From: Microcoleus sp.
GTDB taxonomy: Bacteria > Cyanobacteriota > Cyanobacteriia > Cyanobacteriales > Microcoleaceae
Direction of reading: 5' to 3'
Assembly: GCA_052279835.1 (NCBI GenBank)
Contig: CP181291.1
Span: 3,680,001 to 3,744,000 of the forward strand
Length of the DNA stretch: 64,000 nucleotides
Position 1 is the stretch's first letter, and each line of letters starts with the position of its first letter. The notes under the pieces were generated by a model, which was given only the letters and a program-made list of their open reading frames with translations, was not told where the DNA came from and did no database searches. A program made the translations under genes and the position numbers. This document shows, one piece after another, positions 53,290 to 63,465 of this stretch.

Positions 53290-53928
53290 ATGACGGCATT
53301 AACAGAAATTCGCGAAGAAGTAGTTGAGGACAAAGTTGAGGACAAAGTACAGACTTATTACTCTCCTGAAGAGTATTTAAAGCTGGAAGAGGTGGCAGAA
53401 TTTAGAAGTGAATATCAGGATGGCAGGATAATCCCTATGACAGGCGGAACACCGAATCACAATCAAATAGCTGGCAATTTTTACGGCACACTAAATTTTG
53501 CTACGAAAGGACAACCGTACCGAGTATTTATCAACGATTTGCGTCTGTGGATACCTTCCAAGCGGGTTTATACTTATCCTGATGTAATGTTGGTAGCGGG
53601 GAAATTGGAGTTTGCTGAGGGTAGGAAAGATACGATTACTAATGCGGTGATGGTGGCTGAGGTTTTATCGCCATCCACGGCGGATTATGACAGGGGTGGC
53701 AAGTTTAAACTTTTTCGTTCTATTCCTAGTTTTCGGGAGTATGTTTTGATCGATCAATATGAGATGCACGTTGAACATTTTTGTAAGACGGATGATAATA
53801 AGTGGGTTTTGTCTGAGTATGATGGTGCTGATGCGGTATTGAGATTGAGTTGTGTGGAGTTTGAGATGCGGTTGGGTGATATTTACGATCGCGTGGATTT
53901 TGAATCTGAGTCTGAGTCTGAGGAATGA
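53290..53928 (+). CDS. Uma2 (DUF820) endonuclease family
   Basis: SEY.DG.I.PMTGG, YPDV, EVLSPST..YDRG.KF. Confidence 0.92.
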   Translation: MTALTEIREEVVEDKVEDKVQTYYSPEEYLKLEEVAEFRSEYQDGRIIPMTGGTPNHNQIAGNFYGTLNFATKGQPYRVFINDLRLWIPSKRVYTYPDVMLVAGKLEFAEGRKDTITNAVMVAEVLSPSTADYDRGGKFKLFRSIPSFREYVLIDQYEMHVEHFCKTDDNKWVLSEYDGADAVLRLSCVEFEMRLGDIYDRVDFESESESEE

Positions 53929-54071
53929 GGGTGAAATCACCAATTTCGGGACGATTGGAAATCGCGTCTTGTCAAACAAAGTCCGCCCAACGCGAGACTG
54001 GGAGAACAAGTAGAATCCCGGAAGGATTATGAAATCTGAAAATTCTGCCTGTAAAATTTGAGAAAAACCTA

Positions 54072-54644
54072 ATGATTGCCAGCCAAAATTATCCTGATGT
54101 TTCAGTTAAAGAATATTTAGAAGGTGAACTAATAAGTCCCATCAAACATGAATACAGAAACGGACAAATCTATGCAATGGCAGGGGCAAGTAATCCCCAT
54201 GTTTTGATTTGTCTAAATTTGGCAACTCTGCTGAGAAATCATCTGCGCGGAAGTGGTTGCCTGGTTTTTATGAGCGATACAAAAGTCAGATTTGAGACAA
54301 TTAATACTTTTTATTATCCCGATGTAGCTGTATCTTGCGATGAACGAGATACTACTTCTGTTGGCGATTTTATCTGCTATCCTTCGCTAATTGTGGAAGT
54401 TCTATCTCCAACAACTGAGGCGTTTGACAGAGGAGATAAATTTGCGGATTATCGATCGCTCTCAACTATACAAGAATATGTATTAATCGGTCAACAGCGG
54501 ATGAATGTAGATTGCTACCGTCGGGATGGGGAAGGGCGTTGGTTTTTTTCGTCCTACGGTGAGGGCGACTGTCTGGAGTTGGCTAGTATGAATTTTCAGT
54601 TTCCCATCTCTGCTTTGTATGAGGATGTTCCTGGGTTGAGTTAA
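54072..54644 (+). CDS. Uma2 (DUF820) endonuclease family
   Basis: KHEY..G.IYAMAGAS, YYPDV, EVLSP.TEAFDRGDKF. Confidence 0.92.
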   Translation: MIASQNYPDVSVKEYLEGELISPIKHEYRNGQIYAMAGASNPHVLICLNLATLLRNHLRGSGCLVFMSDTKVRFETINTFYYPDVAVSCDERDTTSVGDFICYPSLIVEVLSPTTEAFDRGDKFADYRSLSTIQEYVLIGQQRMNVDCYRRDGEGRWFFSSYGEGDCLELASMNFQFPISALYEDVPGLS

Positions 54645-54757
54645 AATCTGGTTGGGTGAAATGTTCGATCGCCCTCTGTCAGAGAATGCTGAGGTGAAGG
54701 GAGGGGAAATAAGGGCGATCGTAATTATTAAGATGTTTCCTGAAAGGCCATCGCTTA

Positions 54758-55174
54758 CTAAAATCCAAATATTTTAGTAATCAATGGTAGTAGATTATTA
54801 CAGAATTCTAGGAATTTTGTGGCTTGTGGTACACTTTTCATAATTCGTCCGAGCATCCTATCTGCTGTTTTGGCTTTATTCTTCATTTCTGCATCATTAG
54901 GATTTTGAGCAGCTTCAGCTAATTCTTTTACTTGTTTTAAAGCATCCTCTTTGTCAACTTCACTTAAATTTGGATCGGCTTCAATTGCTGCTTGGAGTTG
55001 GGTAAGTAACTCTTTGATTCCGGGTTTATCTGCTTCAGACGATGAAGGTAACTCATTTATAGCGAATGAAACATTTCCTCCAACGTGACTTGATGAACTA
55101 CCTGCAACATCACCAGCAGTAACAGAACCTCCAACACTTCCTCCGACTTGAATTTTACCTTGTTGCTCTTCCAT
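54758..55174 (-). CDS. Small protein: N-terminal G/S/V-rich RHIM-like motif + helical C-terminal domain
   Basis: IQVGGSVGGSVTAGDVAGSSSSHVGGNVS then an amphipathic helical region ending LLPLITKIFGF; GAGGAGG RBS upstream. Confidence 0.8.
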   Translation of the reverse strand: MEEQQGKIQVGGSVGGSVTAGDVAGSSSSHVGGNVSFAINELPSSSEADKPGIKELLTQLQAAIEADPNLSEVDKEDALKQVKELAEAAQNPNDAEMKNKAKTADRMLGRIMKSVPQATKFLEFCNNLLPLITKIFGF

Positions 55175-55222
55175 TATTCCCTCCTCATGTAATTAATCTT
55201 TAGATAACCGTGTTATTTTGAG

Positions 55223-55771
55223 TTAGTCATTTCGCGAAACATTTCCTCCAACATTACTTGATGAACTCCCTCCTATATCACCTGCTGTGACGGAACCTCC
55301 AACACTTCCTGCTATTTGGATAGATCTATCTTCTGCATTGATTATATAAGTACCTTCTGCATTACTTTCCATAAATTGGTATAATTCTGAAACGACATTT
55401 CCTAAACCTTCCATATCGCTAGTAATAAATACTGGCGAAGGAGAACCTGAATTAAGGTACAATTTTAGACCATACTTTTTGGGTTGTGCAGTGTTTGCAT
55501 AAAATCCGCCTATTGCTGCTAAAACAAAGATTATTCCCCACAATCTCCACTCAGGAATATTTGCGCAAAAAAGTCCCACTACAAACAATCCTAAAATAAA
55601 TTGTATTGGAAATAGATTTTCGTTTTTAACAGGGGATAATCCAAAACCTGTGACGTTGCGAAACTGATAGACCTCTGAACCAAATCTAACTGTTTTTTTT
55701 GTGATTTTTATCTGGGTATTCCTGATCGCTCTATCATTATCATTTTTTGGCAATATGTTATTTGCAGCCAT
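55223..55771 (-). CDS. DUF6232-like two-TM protein with C-terminal G/S/V-rich motif
   Basis: KIT..TVRFG..VYQ..N.TG, two TMs, YGL.L.LNSG, C-terminal IQIAGSVGGSVTAGDIGGSSSSNVGGNVS. Confidence 0.7.
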   Translation of the reverse strand: MAANNILPKNDNDRAIRNTQIKITKKTVRFGSEVYQFRNVTGFGLSPVKNENLFPIQFILGLFVVGLFCANIPEWRLWGIIFVLAAIGGFYANTAQPKKYGLKLYLNSGSPSPVFITSDMEGLGNVVSELYQFMESNAEGTYIINAEDRSIQIAGSVGGSVTAGDIGGSSSSNVGGNVSRND

Positions 55772-55923
55772 AATTACTTTTTTCCAAAAAATAGCCAAGC
55801 TACCAATTAACAAGCATCTATCTTAGACCTTATTCAATCAGGTTTTCAAGACTGCTGGTGGGTATTATTGGCATTGAAATCGGTGTGTGTTTAGAGATAT
55901 AATAGCAACCTTATATAGGCTAC

Positions 55924-55963
55924 AAAGTAATAAAAAGTAATCAAAAAGTAATCAAAAAGTAAG
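55924..55963 (+). promoter_or_regulatory. Helically phased AAAGTAA direct repeats in a divergent promoter
   Basis: GTAA at 55927, 55937, 55948 and 55959; TACAAT at 55982. Confidence 0.55.
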
Positions 55964-56033
55964 ATTGGTTCCCTGTTGCGGTACAATCTATACTCAGCCT
56001 ACCTTAATGCTCCGCTAGTAAGGGACTTTACAC

Positions 56034-56814
56034 ATGACCGTTGACGAAGCCATCGCGATCGCAGAAACAGCCCTTAACTACGATCGCCTCAACAAAGTTC
56101 AAGAGCTAGTGTTTCGTCAATCCTGGGAAGGGCAGTCTTATATAGAAATTGCTAAAAGCGCAGGCTATGAATATGATTATATCAAAGATGCTGGTGCTAA
56201 ATTATGGAAACTACTTTCAAAAGCACTAGAAGAAAAAGTCAAAAAAGATAATCTCAAGTCAGTATTAAAACGATACTTAGGACGAGGTAAAGTGAATCTA
56301 CAGCGAAATCTGACGATCGAAGTTAACCTCAGCGGTGCAAATCTCAGTGGCGCAAACTTAAGTGGCGCTAGAGTAGTTGCTAACTTCATTGAAACAGATT
56401 TGTCTCAAGCTGATTTAGATAAAACTATAAATCCTGATAATAAAACTGAATTATCTGACTCCAAAAACGAAATTAAGTGGAACGGTTTTTGCTTTCACTG
56501 CGACGCACAAGTGAAAATTGCCGAAATGCTCGATCGCACTTCCACTCTCTTCATCCCCAACTCCCAACTCCGAATCACAACACCGGAAGGTAGACAGAAT
56601 CTAGAAGCTGACTTTCTGATATTCCACCAAAACAAGTTAGGGACTGCTAAAAATTGACAGCGAATCATGCCATCAAAACGCCACAGAAGATGAAATATGC
56701 GAACTTTCGAGAGATTCAGGCATCAGTCTTGTCAAACATTACGATGCTACCCGATGCAGCCAACAACCCGATTTAGTTGTGCAGGAATTTTTGGAAATAT
56801 TGAGTCAGGCGTAG
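56034..56814 (+). CDS. HTH (same type as 14507) + short pentapeptide repeat + degenerate DUF559/PD-(D/E)xK-like domain, +1 frameshift at ~56641
   Basis: SWEGQSY.EIA...Y...YIKD.GA.LWKLLS; LSGANLSGANLSGA; continues in +1 frame as LLKIDSE...VVQEFLEILSQA to the stop at 56814. Confidence 0.72.
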
Positions 56815-56830
56815 GTATGAAAAGACGGGA

Positions 56831-57175
56831 TTATTCATCATCGTTGTCTGACTCTTGCATCATCTCTACTAACAGTCGCGTGGTTACTGTGTAAACATCT
56901 CGTCTATCCCCTTCTTTGCGCCGTCCTATTCCCACTACAACAACTAGCACTCGATCTTCTATAATTTGATAAATAATTCGGTAACGCTGACCTACAGCAC
57001 GGATGCTGCGATACCCAGTCAACTCTTCTGATAAAGCTTTCCCTTGCTTTTCTGGCTCCTGCTTAAGCTTCTCCAATCTTGCTAAGAGTAATTGTTGCTC
57101 CCGCCGATCTTTGATTTCAACAAATAGTTGCCGCGCTTGTACAGTCAAAATAACTTGATATTCTACAGGCTCCAT
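56831..57175 (-). CDS. RelE/ParE toxin
   Basis: Y.V.LT..A, GK.L...L.GYRSIR...RYRIIY.I....V.V..IG.R. Confidence 0.88.
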   Translation of the reverse strand: MEPVEYQVILTVQARQLFVEIKDRREQQLLLARLEKLKQEPEKQGKALSEELTGYRSIRAVGQRYRIIYQIIEDRVLVVVVGIGRRKEGDRRDVYTVTTRLLVEMMQESDNDDE

Positions 57176-57187
57176 TTTTCACTGTTG

Positions 57188-57451
57188 TTAAAGTTTCAAA
57201 TCTGCTTTTAACTGTTGTAAGTCTATTGTTTCTCCCCTCTGGGCTTGTTGAATGCCCGATCGCAAATCTGCCATAAATTCGGAATCAGAGAGAATTTCGA
57301 TGGTTTCTAACAAAGATTCAAATTGTTTAAAACTGAGAGCAACGATCGCCGGTTTCCCATCCTTAGTGATGATAGCTGGCTCTGTTGCTAAGTCATCGGG
57401 CCACTTTGGCAGTTGTTGTTGCGCTTCTGTAATTGTCAGGTATTTTGGCAT
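57188..57451 (-). CDS. Phd/YefM antitoxin
   Basis: TITEA...L, IITK.GKP, FESLLET.EILSD. Confidence 0.88.
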   Translation of the reverse strand: MPKYLTITEAQQQLPKWPDDLATEPAIITKDGKPAIVALSFKQFESLLETIEILSDSEFMADLRSGIQQAQRGETIDLQQLKADLKL

Positions 57452-57489
57452 ATTTGCGGAGGTTAAGTTTTATGATTATTATAGCATGG

Positions 57490-58077
57490 TTAATTCAGCA
57501 CAATATCTTCGTTGGTAAAGATTACATCCTCATAGATAGCATCCATGCTAGTCCGAAAGTCCACACTAGCCAAGTGAATTTCGCTTCCTTGCGTGTAAGA
57601 ATGCAAAACCCACAACCCCTCAGCATTGCGGCGAAAACACTCCACCCGCTGCCGCTTTTGATTAATTAACACATACTCTTGAAGCGTTTCTAATTCTTGA
57701 TAGTCAGCAAACTTATCACCCCGATCGAATCCTTCTGTACCTTTTGACAAAACCTCGATAATTAAACAAGGATGTCTTTTAAAAGATTGAAAAGCTTTGT
57801 CCCGTTCATCGCACGTTACCATCACGTCGGGATAGTAGTAAATATCCCTAGACTCAATCCTAGCTTTCATGTCTGACATATAAACACGACAGCCACTACC
57901 CCGAACATGATTTCTCAAAAGTGCAAATAAGTTGCCGGCAACTGTCACATGAGCATCACTTGCACCGGCCATTGCGTAGGTTTCACCCTGAATATACTCA
58001 TGTTTAACCGGGCTGAGTTCTTCTAATTTCAGATACTCTTCCGGCGAGATGTAATTTTGGTTTTGATTTGCAATCAT
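57490..58077 (-). CDS. Uma2 (DUF820) endonuclease family
   Basis: KHEY..GE.YAMAGAS, YYPDV, EVLS..TEGFDRGDKF; start MIANQ. Confidence 0.92.
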   Translation of the reverse strand: MIANQNQNYISPEEYLKLEELSPVKHEYIQGETYAMAGASDAHVTVAGNLFALLRNHVRGSGCRVYMSDMKARIESRDIYYYPDVMVTCDERDKAFQSFKRHPCLIIEVLSKGTEGFDRGDKFADYQELETLQEYVLINQKRQRVECFRRNAEGLWVLHSYTQGSEIHLASVDFRTSMDAIYEDVIFTNEDIVLN

Positions 58078-58145
58078 TGGCTTTCTATGGAGTTTTTGAT
58101 GATTGTGATTCTGAAAACAAGGTGGGCAAATGCCCACCCTTCAAA

Positions 58146-59528
58146 TTAAGCAGTTTCGTGCTGTTTGTGCCATGCGGGATGCCACAACAACTCAGCAGTC
58201 GATCGCTTCTCAACCATTTCCTTGGTAATCGTACAGTTAGCTACATCCTTGCGAGAAGGCAACTCATACATAACATCGAGCATTAATTCCTCTAAAATGC
58301 TGCGCAGAGCTCTGGCGCCAGTTTTGCGGCGACAAGCTTCCTGGGCGATCGCCCGCAGCGCCTCTGGTTCAAATTCCAACTGCACACTATCCATATTTAA
58401 CAACTTTTGATACTGCTTCACTAGGGCATTGCGAGGTTCAGTCAATATCTGCATCAAAGCTGCTTCATCCAGGGGTGAAATTACTGTCACCACAGGTATG
58501 CGCCCGACAAATTCAGGAATTAAACCAAACTTCACTAAATCATCAGCTTGTACCTGTTGTAAAATATCCGCAGCCCGCTTATCTTTTGGTAGCAAAGTCG
58601 AGTTGCTGTCACTTTCGACTGGCTGAATAAACCCTAAAGATTTTTTACCCAAACGCTGTTCAACTATTTTTTCCAAACCGACAAAAGCACCGCCACAAAT
58701 AAATAAAATTTTGCTCGTGTCAATTTGAATAAAATCTTGGTAAGGATGTTTGCGGCCGCCTTGGGGTGGCACGTTAACCACCGTTCCTTCCAACATTTTC
58801 AGTAGCGCTTGCTGCACCCCTTCTCCTGATACATCTCGCGTGATTGAAGTGTTTTCACTTTTGCGAGCAATCTTGTCAATTTCATCAATATAAATAATGC
58901 CGCGCTGGGCTGCTTCGACATCAAAATCTGCCATTTGCAACAGTCGCAACAATATATTTTCTACATCGTCACCAACATAGCCGGCTTCCGTCAGGGTTGT
59001 GGCATCGGCTACTGCAAAGGGCACTTCTAGCATTTGTGCCAAACTTTGGGCTAGGAGAGTTTTGCCACAACCTGTCGGCCCGACTAGCATGATGTTAGAC
59101 TTTTGTAGTTCTACATCGCTGTCTGGGGCAGGTTTGCTACTATCTTTGGCTTGGTCAACGCTTAAGCGTTTGTAGTGGTTATAAACTGCTACTGACAGAA
59201 CTTTTTTGGCTGAGTGTTGGCCGATGACGTGGCCGTCTAAATGTTGCTTAATGTCTGTTGGTTTGGGAATTTTAGCTAAAGTGATTTTGGATTTGTTCGA
59301 TCGACCCTGGCGTCGTGTTTTTTGTCCTTGAGGATCTTGAATTTCTGACTGGGGCGGTTGTTGAGCCACTAATTTGCCAGAGTCAAAGAATTCCTCTTCT
59401 AAAATTTCATTGCATAGCTCCACACATTCATCGCAAATGTAGACGCCGGGCCCAGCTATTAACTTGCGGACGTACTCCTGGGACTTGCCACAAAAGGAGC
59501 ATCTGAGATGGGAGTCATATTTTGACAT
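58146..59528 (-). CDS. clpX: ATP-dependent Clp protease ATPase subunit ClpX
   Basis: CSFCGK..CDEC Zn finger, [36 protein letters not shown]. Confidence 0.96.
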   Translation of the reverse strand: MSKYDSHLRCSFCGKSQEYVRKLIAGPGVYICDECVELCNEILEEEFFDSGKLVAQQPPQSEIQDPQGQKTRRQGRSNKSKITLAKIPKPTDIKQHLDGHVIGQHSAKKVLSVAVYNHYKRLSVDQAKDSSKPAPDSDVELQKSNIMLVGPTGCGKTLLAQSLAQMLEVPFAVADATTLTEAGYVGDDVENILLRLLQMADFDVEAAQRGIIYIDEIDKIARKSENTSITRDVSGEGVQQALLKMLEGTVVNVPPQGGRKHPYQDFIQIDTSKILFICGGAFVGLEKIVEQRLGKKSLGFIQPVESDSNSTLLPKDKRAADILQQVQADDLVKFGLIPEFVGRIPVVTVISPLDEAALMQILTEPRNALVKQYQKLLNMDSVQLEFEPEALRAIAQEACRRKTGARALRSILEELMLDVMYELPSRKDVANCTITKEMVEKRSTAELLWHPAWHKQHETA

Positions 59529-59794
59529 TATTTTCCTCTTAATTTACAGTTGCGTTTGGCTGTTGGGATTTAGGGAGTTTTTTCCCGATCGAACATTGTG
59601 CTGTTCTCAGCAAAGTTTGGCGATCGCATACCCAAGCCACTCCAGCTTCGCGCTCTCTGTCTCTAACTTAACACTTTTGAGGCCTCAGTCATTAGTCATT
59701 ATTCATTAGTTACAAATCAAAATACCAATTTCTGATACAGACATTCACCAAATTATATACTCAAAAAAAACTCTTTCTACCTTGAAAAGCTGAT

Positions 59795-60238
59795 TTACCA
59801 TTTTTTGTATTCCAGAAATTTTCCTGACATGATTATTTTGACCCGATCGCCTTTGGGGTCTGCTTCTTTCTCCACATCCAAAGTAAAGTCGATGGCGCTC
59901 ATAATTCCGTCCCCGAATTTTTCGTGAATCACTGCTTTAAGAGGCATTCCATAGACCTGCATAATTTCATAAAACCGATAAATCAGCGGGTCTACGGGAA
60001 CTGTGGCATCTAAGGAACCTTTGAGAGCGGGTGCTGATAGAACCTGAGCTATCTCGCTATCGAGTCCCAAAGCAGACACAATTTTTTCTGCTTCATCTGC
60101 TGATGCACTTGCTTGACCGTAAATCACGGCTGCAATCCAAACTTCATCGCGACCCAGCAATTTTTCCAAATCTGCAAAACTAATTCCCTGAGCTTTTTTG
60201 GCTGCCAAAAGTTTTTCGGTAATATTTGAAATTGGCAT
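59795..60238 (-). CDS. cynS: Cyanase
   Basis: [29 protein letters not shown]; start MPISN. Confidence 0.95.
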   Translation of the reverse strand: MPISNITEKLLAAKKAQGISFADLEKLLGRDEVWIAAVIYGQASASADEAEKIVSALGLDSEIAQVLSAPALKGSLDATVPVDPLIYRFYEIMQVYGMPLKAVIHEKFGDGIMSAIDFTLDVEKEADPKGDRVKIIMSGKFLEYKKW

Positions 60239-60436
60239 TAAATTTTCTCCTGTTCGCTGCGGTGGAAGATGTGAAATATATCTCATATTTTTCATCTCTT
60301 GTCAATGGCAAATCCCCGAAATATGATAAATTGATAACTCGTCGCGACAGCAATAGCCAATCTCGTCATCCTTGACAACTGGCGATTTAGAGATCCGCGA
60401 TCGCTTCTCTACAAAAATGGTACAGTTACCAGTACG

Positions 60437-60452
60437 TGTAATCAAAATTACA
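60437..60452. promoter_or_regulatory. Putative NtcA box
   Basis: TGTAATCAAAATTACA = GTA-N8-TAC in the cynS / STAS-gene divergent region; no -10 box at canonical spacing. Confidence 0.55.
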
Positions 60453-60533
60453 TACTCTCTGCTGTGCGATCGCCAGTACCCAGGGTGGGTCTCATACCCG
60501 ATCGCACCGGCAAAACCCCTTTACCGCTAACAA

Positions 60534-60896
60534 GTGACCACTGAAAAAAATATGGAGATTAACACCCAAGATTACAGCATCCTGTACGATAGCGCTACTG
60601 ATACAGTGACCTGCTGTGGCTCTTTCCGGCTCAGCCAAATGGAAGAATACGCCCCGATCGTACAGTTGCTCAATGATGTGGCTGACGGCGAGCAGAAGAC
60701 CATTACTCTAGATTTGCGAAAACTCGAATTTTTAAATAGTTCAGGGATTAATATTATATCAAAATTTGTGATCAAAGTCCGACAGCAAAAAAGTATTCAG
60801 ATCGCAGTTAAAGGCTCCAAGGAAATACCCTGGCAGGGAAAGTCCCTCAAGAACTTGCAGCGACTGATGCCTTCCTTGCGATTGGAATTGGAATAG
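60534..60896 (+). CDS. STAS-like anti-anti-sigma factor (slr1659-type)
   Basis: GS.RL...Y..I, LDL..LEFLNSSGI..ISKFVI, IPWQ.KSL.NLQRL.P. Confidence 0.8.
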   Translation: MTTEKNMEINTQDYSILYDSATDTVTCCGSFRLSQMEEYAPIVQLLNDVADGEQKTITLDLRKLEFLNSSGINIISKFVIKVRQQKSIQIAVKGSKEIPWQGKSLKNLQRLMPSLRLELE

Positions 60897-61048
60897 TTAA
60901 TCCTTCAAGGTAAACTTGAGCTCAAAGCTAAGTCGGGGAAGCATAACTAGGGATTTGCAATACAGGAAAATAAGTCATAGTTAAGTTAGCAGCAAACGCT
61001 AAAAAACTGCGGAACTGACTACCTACAAGTTACCAATTTTCAATTGCT

Positions 61049-63170
61049 ATGCAGGAAGAACCATCGAAAGAACAGCTAGTTTTGGAAGTTCAGGCTCTGC
61101 GTGCAGAACTGGAAAACTTGAAACGCGAAAAAGCCGATCTAGAAATTTTGCTGGAGACGACCACGGAACACTCCGATACCATAGAAGCAGACTTGCTATC
61201 AAAAGCTGAGTTGGCCGTGCGCTCCAGCGAAGAGCAGTTTCGGGCGATCGCCTCAGCAACTCCCGTTCCTGTACTGGTTTCTCGCCTCTGTGACGGTTTA
61301 ATTCTGTATGCAAACGCTCAAATGGCTTCTCTCCTGGACACACCCTTAGCAGAATTGATCGGGCGTCATACCCCAGACTTTTACTTCAATCCCGCAGAAA
61401 CGCTCAAAGGTACTCGAAACCCTTGCCACAAACGGGCACATCAAAAATTACGAACTGCACTGCAAAAAGGCAGATGGTAGCAGTTTCTGGGCCATCATTT
61501 CCGTTCAGTCCCTGTTGTTCAATGGTCAGCCCACAGCGTTGTGTGCGTTGTACGACCTTACCCAGCGCAAGGAAGCAGAACAAGCACTCCAAGAGAGCGA
61601 ACAACGACTGCGCCGCCAAAGTCTGGCCCTGTTGCAGCTAGGTAGGCAGAGGACGATCAACAACGGGGCGCTGAATTTGGGAGTTCGAGAAATTACCGAG
61701 GCGGCAGCGCGCACTTTGGATGTGGAAAAAGTGAGCGTTTGGCTGTACAATCATGTCAGATTTGGAACTCGCTACGCCACAGATACTCAGGCAAATTTGG
61801 CTGCTAGAGCGATCGCCCAAAACCAAAGTTGGGTCATCAATCGAGAGGCGATCGATCTCCCAGCAGAGCATCAAGTCCATCATTCTAAGTTGACAACCCA
61901 AAACCTCAAATTAGTTTGTCTCGATTTGTACGATCGAACCAGTAAAAGCCATTTGAATCGTACAAAAAACCATATAAAAGTTTCAAATTTAGATGAGGAA
62001 GGCGATGCCGGCAGCGAAAACAGTCCCTCCTCCAATCCTTTAGACTCAGCATTGACAACTCAAAATCCTGTAACAACATTATCTTTAGAAACAGAACATA
62101 CCCCAATCCTCAGCAAGGAAAGCACTCCCAATTCATCCATCTTAAATGTAGCCATTAGGCTCGGTGGCCAGATCGTCGGCATCCTGTCTCTGGAACATAT
62201 CGGAGCACCCCGCCAATGGGCCTTGGAAGAACGAACCTTCGCCGATTCTTTGGCAAATTTAGTCGCACTGGCGATCGAAGGATTTGAACGCCAGCGAGCC
62301 CAAGAAGCCCTCTCCAAAGCCAAGTCGGAACTAGAAATCACTGTCGAGCAACGCACTGCTCAACTCACCGCCGCCAATAAACTCCTCCGCATCGAAATTG
62401 CCGAGCGCAAAAGAGCCGAAATAGCTTTACAAGAAGCATTGCACAAAGCCGAAGCAGCTTCCAGAGCTAAAAGCACTTTTTTAGCCAACATGAGCCACGA
62501 ACTGCGCACACCCCTCAACGCCATTATCGGTTACAGCGAAATCCTAGAAGAAGAAGCATTAGAAGCAGGGTTCGAGGGCTTAATTCCCGACACTCAAAAA
62601 ATTCAGACCGCAGGTAAACATTTACTCAATTTAATTAATGATATTCTCGACCTTTCTAAGATAGAAGCTGGGAGAATGGAGCTTTATTTAGAAGATTTTC
62701 ACCTAGGTAATTTAGTAGAAGAAGTAGTAGCAACTTTGTATCCTTTGGTTGAAAAGAATCGCAATCAATTACAAGTTTGTTCCTCTCCTGATTTGGGAGT
62801 AATGTATGCTGACTTGACTAAAGTGCGGCAAATTTTGTTTAATTTACTCTCCAATGCCCTCAAGTTTACGCAAGAGGGAACCGTAGTCATCAGCGCAACT
62901 CGCGAATTAACAGACGGCACTGAATGGATTTATTTGCGGGTAGCAGATACAGGAATTGGAATGTCTCCTCAACAACAAGAGGGTTTATTTGAACCTTTTA
63001 TTCAAGGAGACGCTTCTACCACTCGCAAGTATGGAGGAACTGGTTTAGGATTGGCAATTAGCCGTCTGTTTTGCCAGATGATGGGAGGTGATATCACCAT
63101 TGAGAGCGAGTTAGGTGTAGGCTCAACTTTTACTGTACAATTGAAAGCAAAGGTTGATGCTAGTTATTAG
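61049..63170 (+). CDS. PAS-GAF sensor histidine kinase, split by a +1 frameshift at ~61398
   Basis: LEILLETTTEHSD coiled coil and PAS; reads NPAE-RSKVLETL..YEL..KKADGS.FW if one A is removed; GAF, MSHELRTPLN, YGGTGLGL. Confidence 0.88.
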
Positions 63171-63465
63171 TTATTAGTTATTTGTTATTGGTTATTGGTT
63201 ATTGGTTATTGGTTGTTGGTTATTGGTTATTGGTTATTGGTTGTTGGTTGTTGGCGGTGCCCTGCCCTTCGACTCCGCTCAGGAACCGCGAAGTCGAAGG
63301 GTTGTTGGTTATTTGTGATTCAGGTCGCAATTAACCATGCCCTAGATCACAAAGTAGTGTGTTTCACCAGCCTACAATGCCTTTATTATCAGGCAATTAC
63401 GCTACGTTAATATCAATCCAGCCTCAAACTGCGTGAAAATCGTGATTATTTAGGAGTGCATCAAG

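Noticed and set aside
63195..63410. Hydrophobic ORFs here and at 39391-39573
   Set aside because: Translations of heptamer STRRs (VIGYWLL, LLFVICY).
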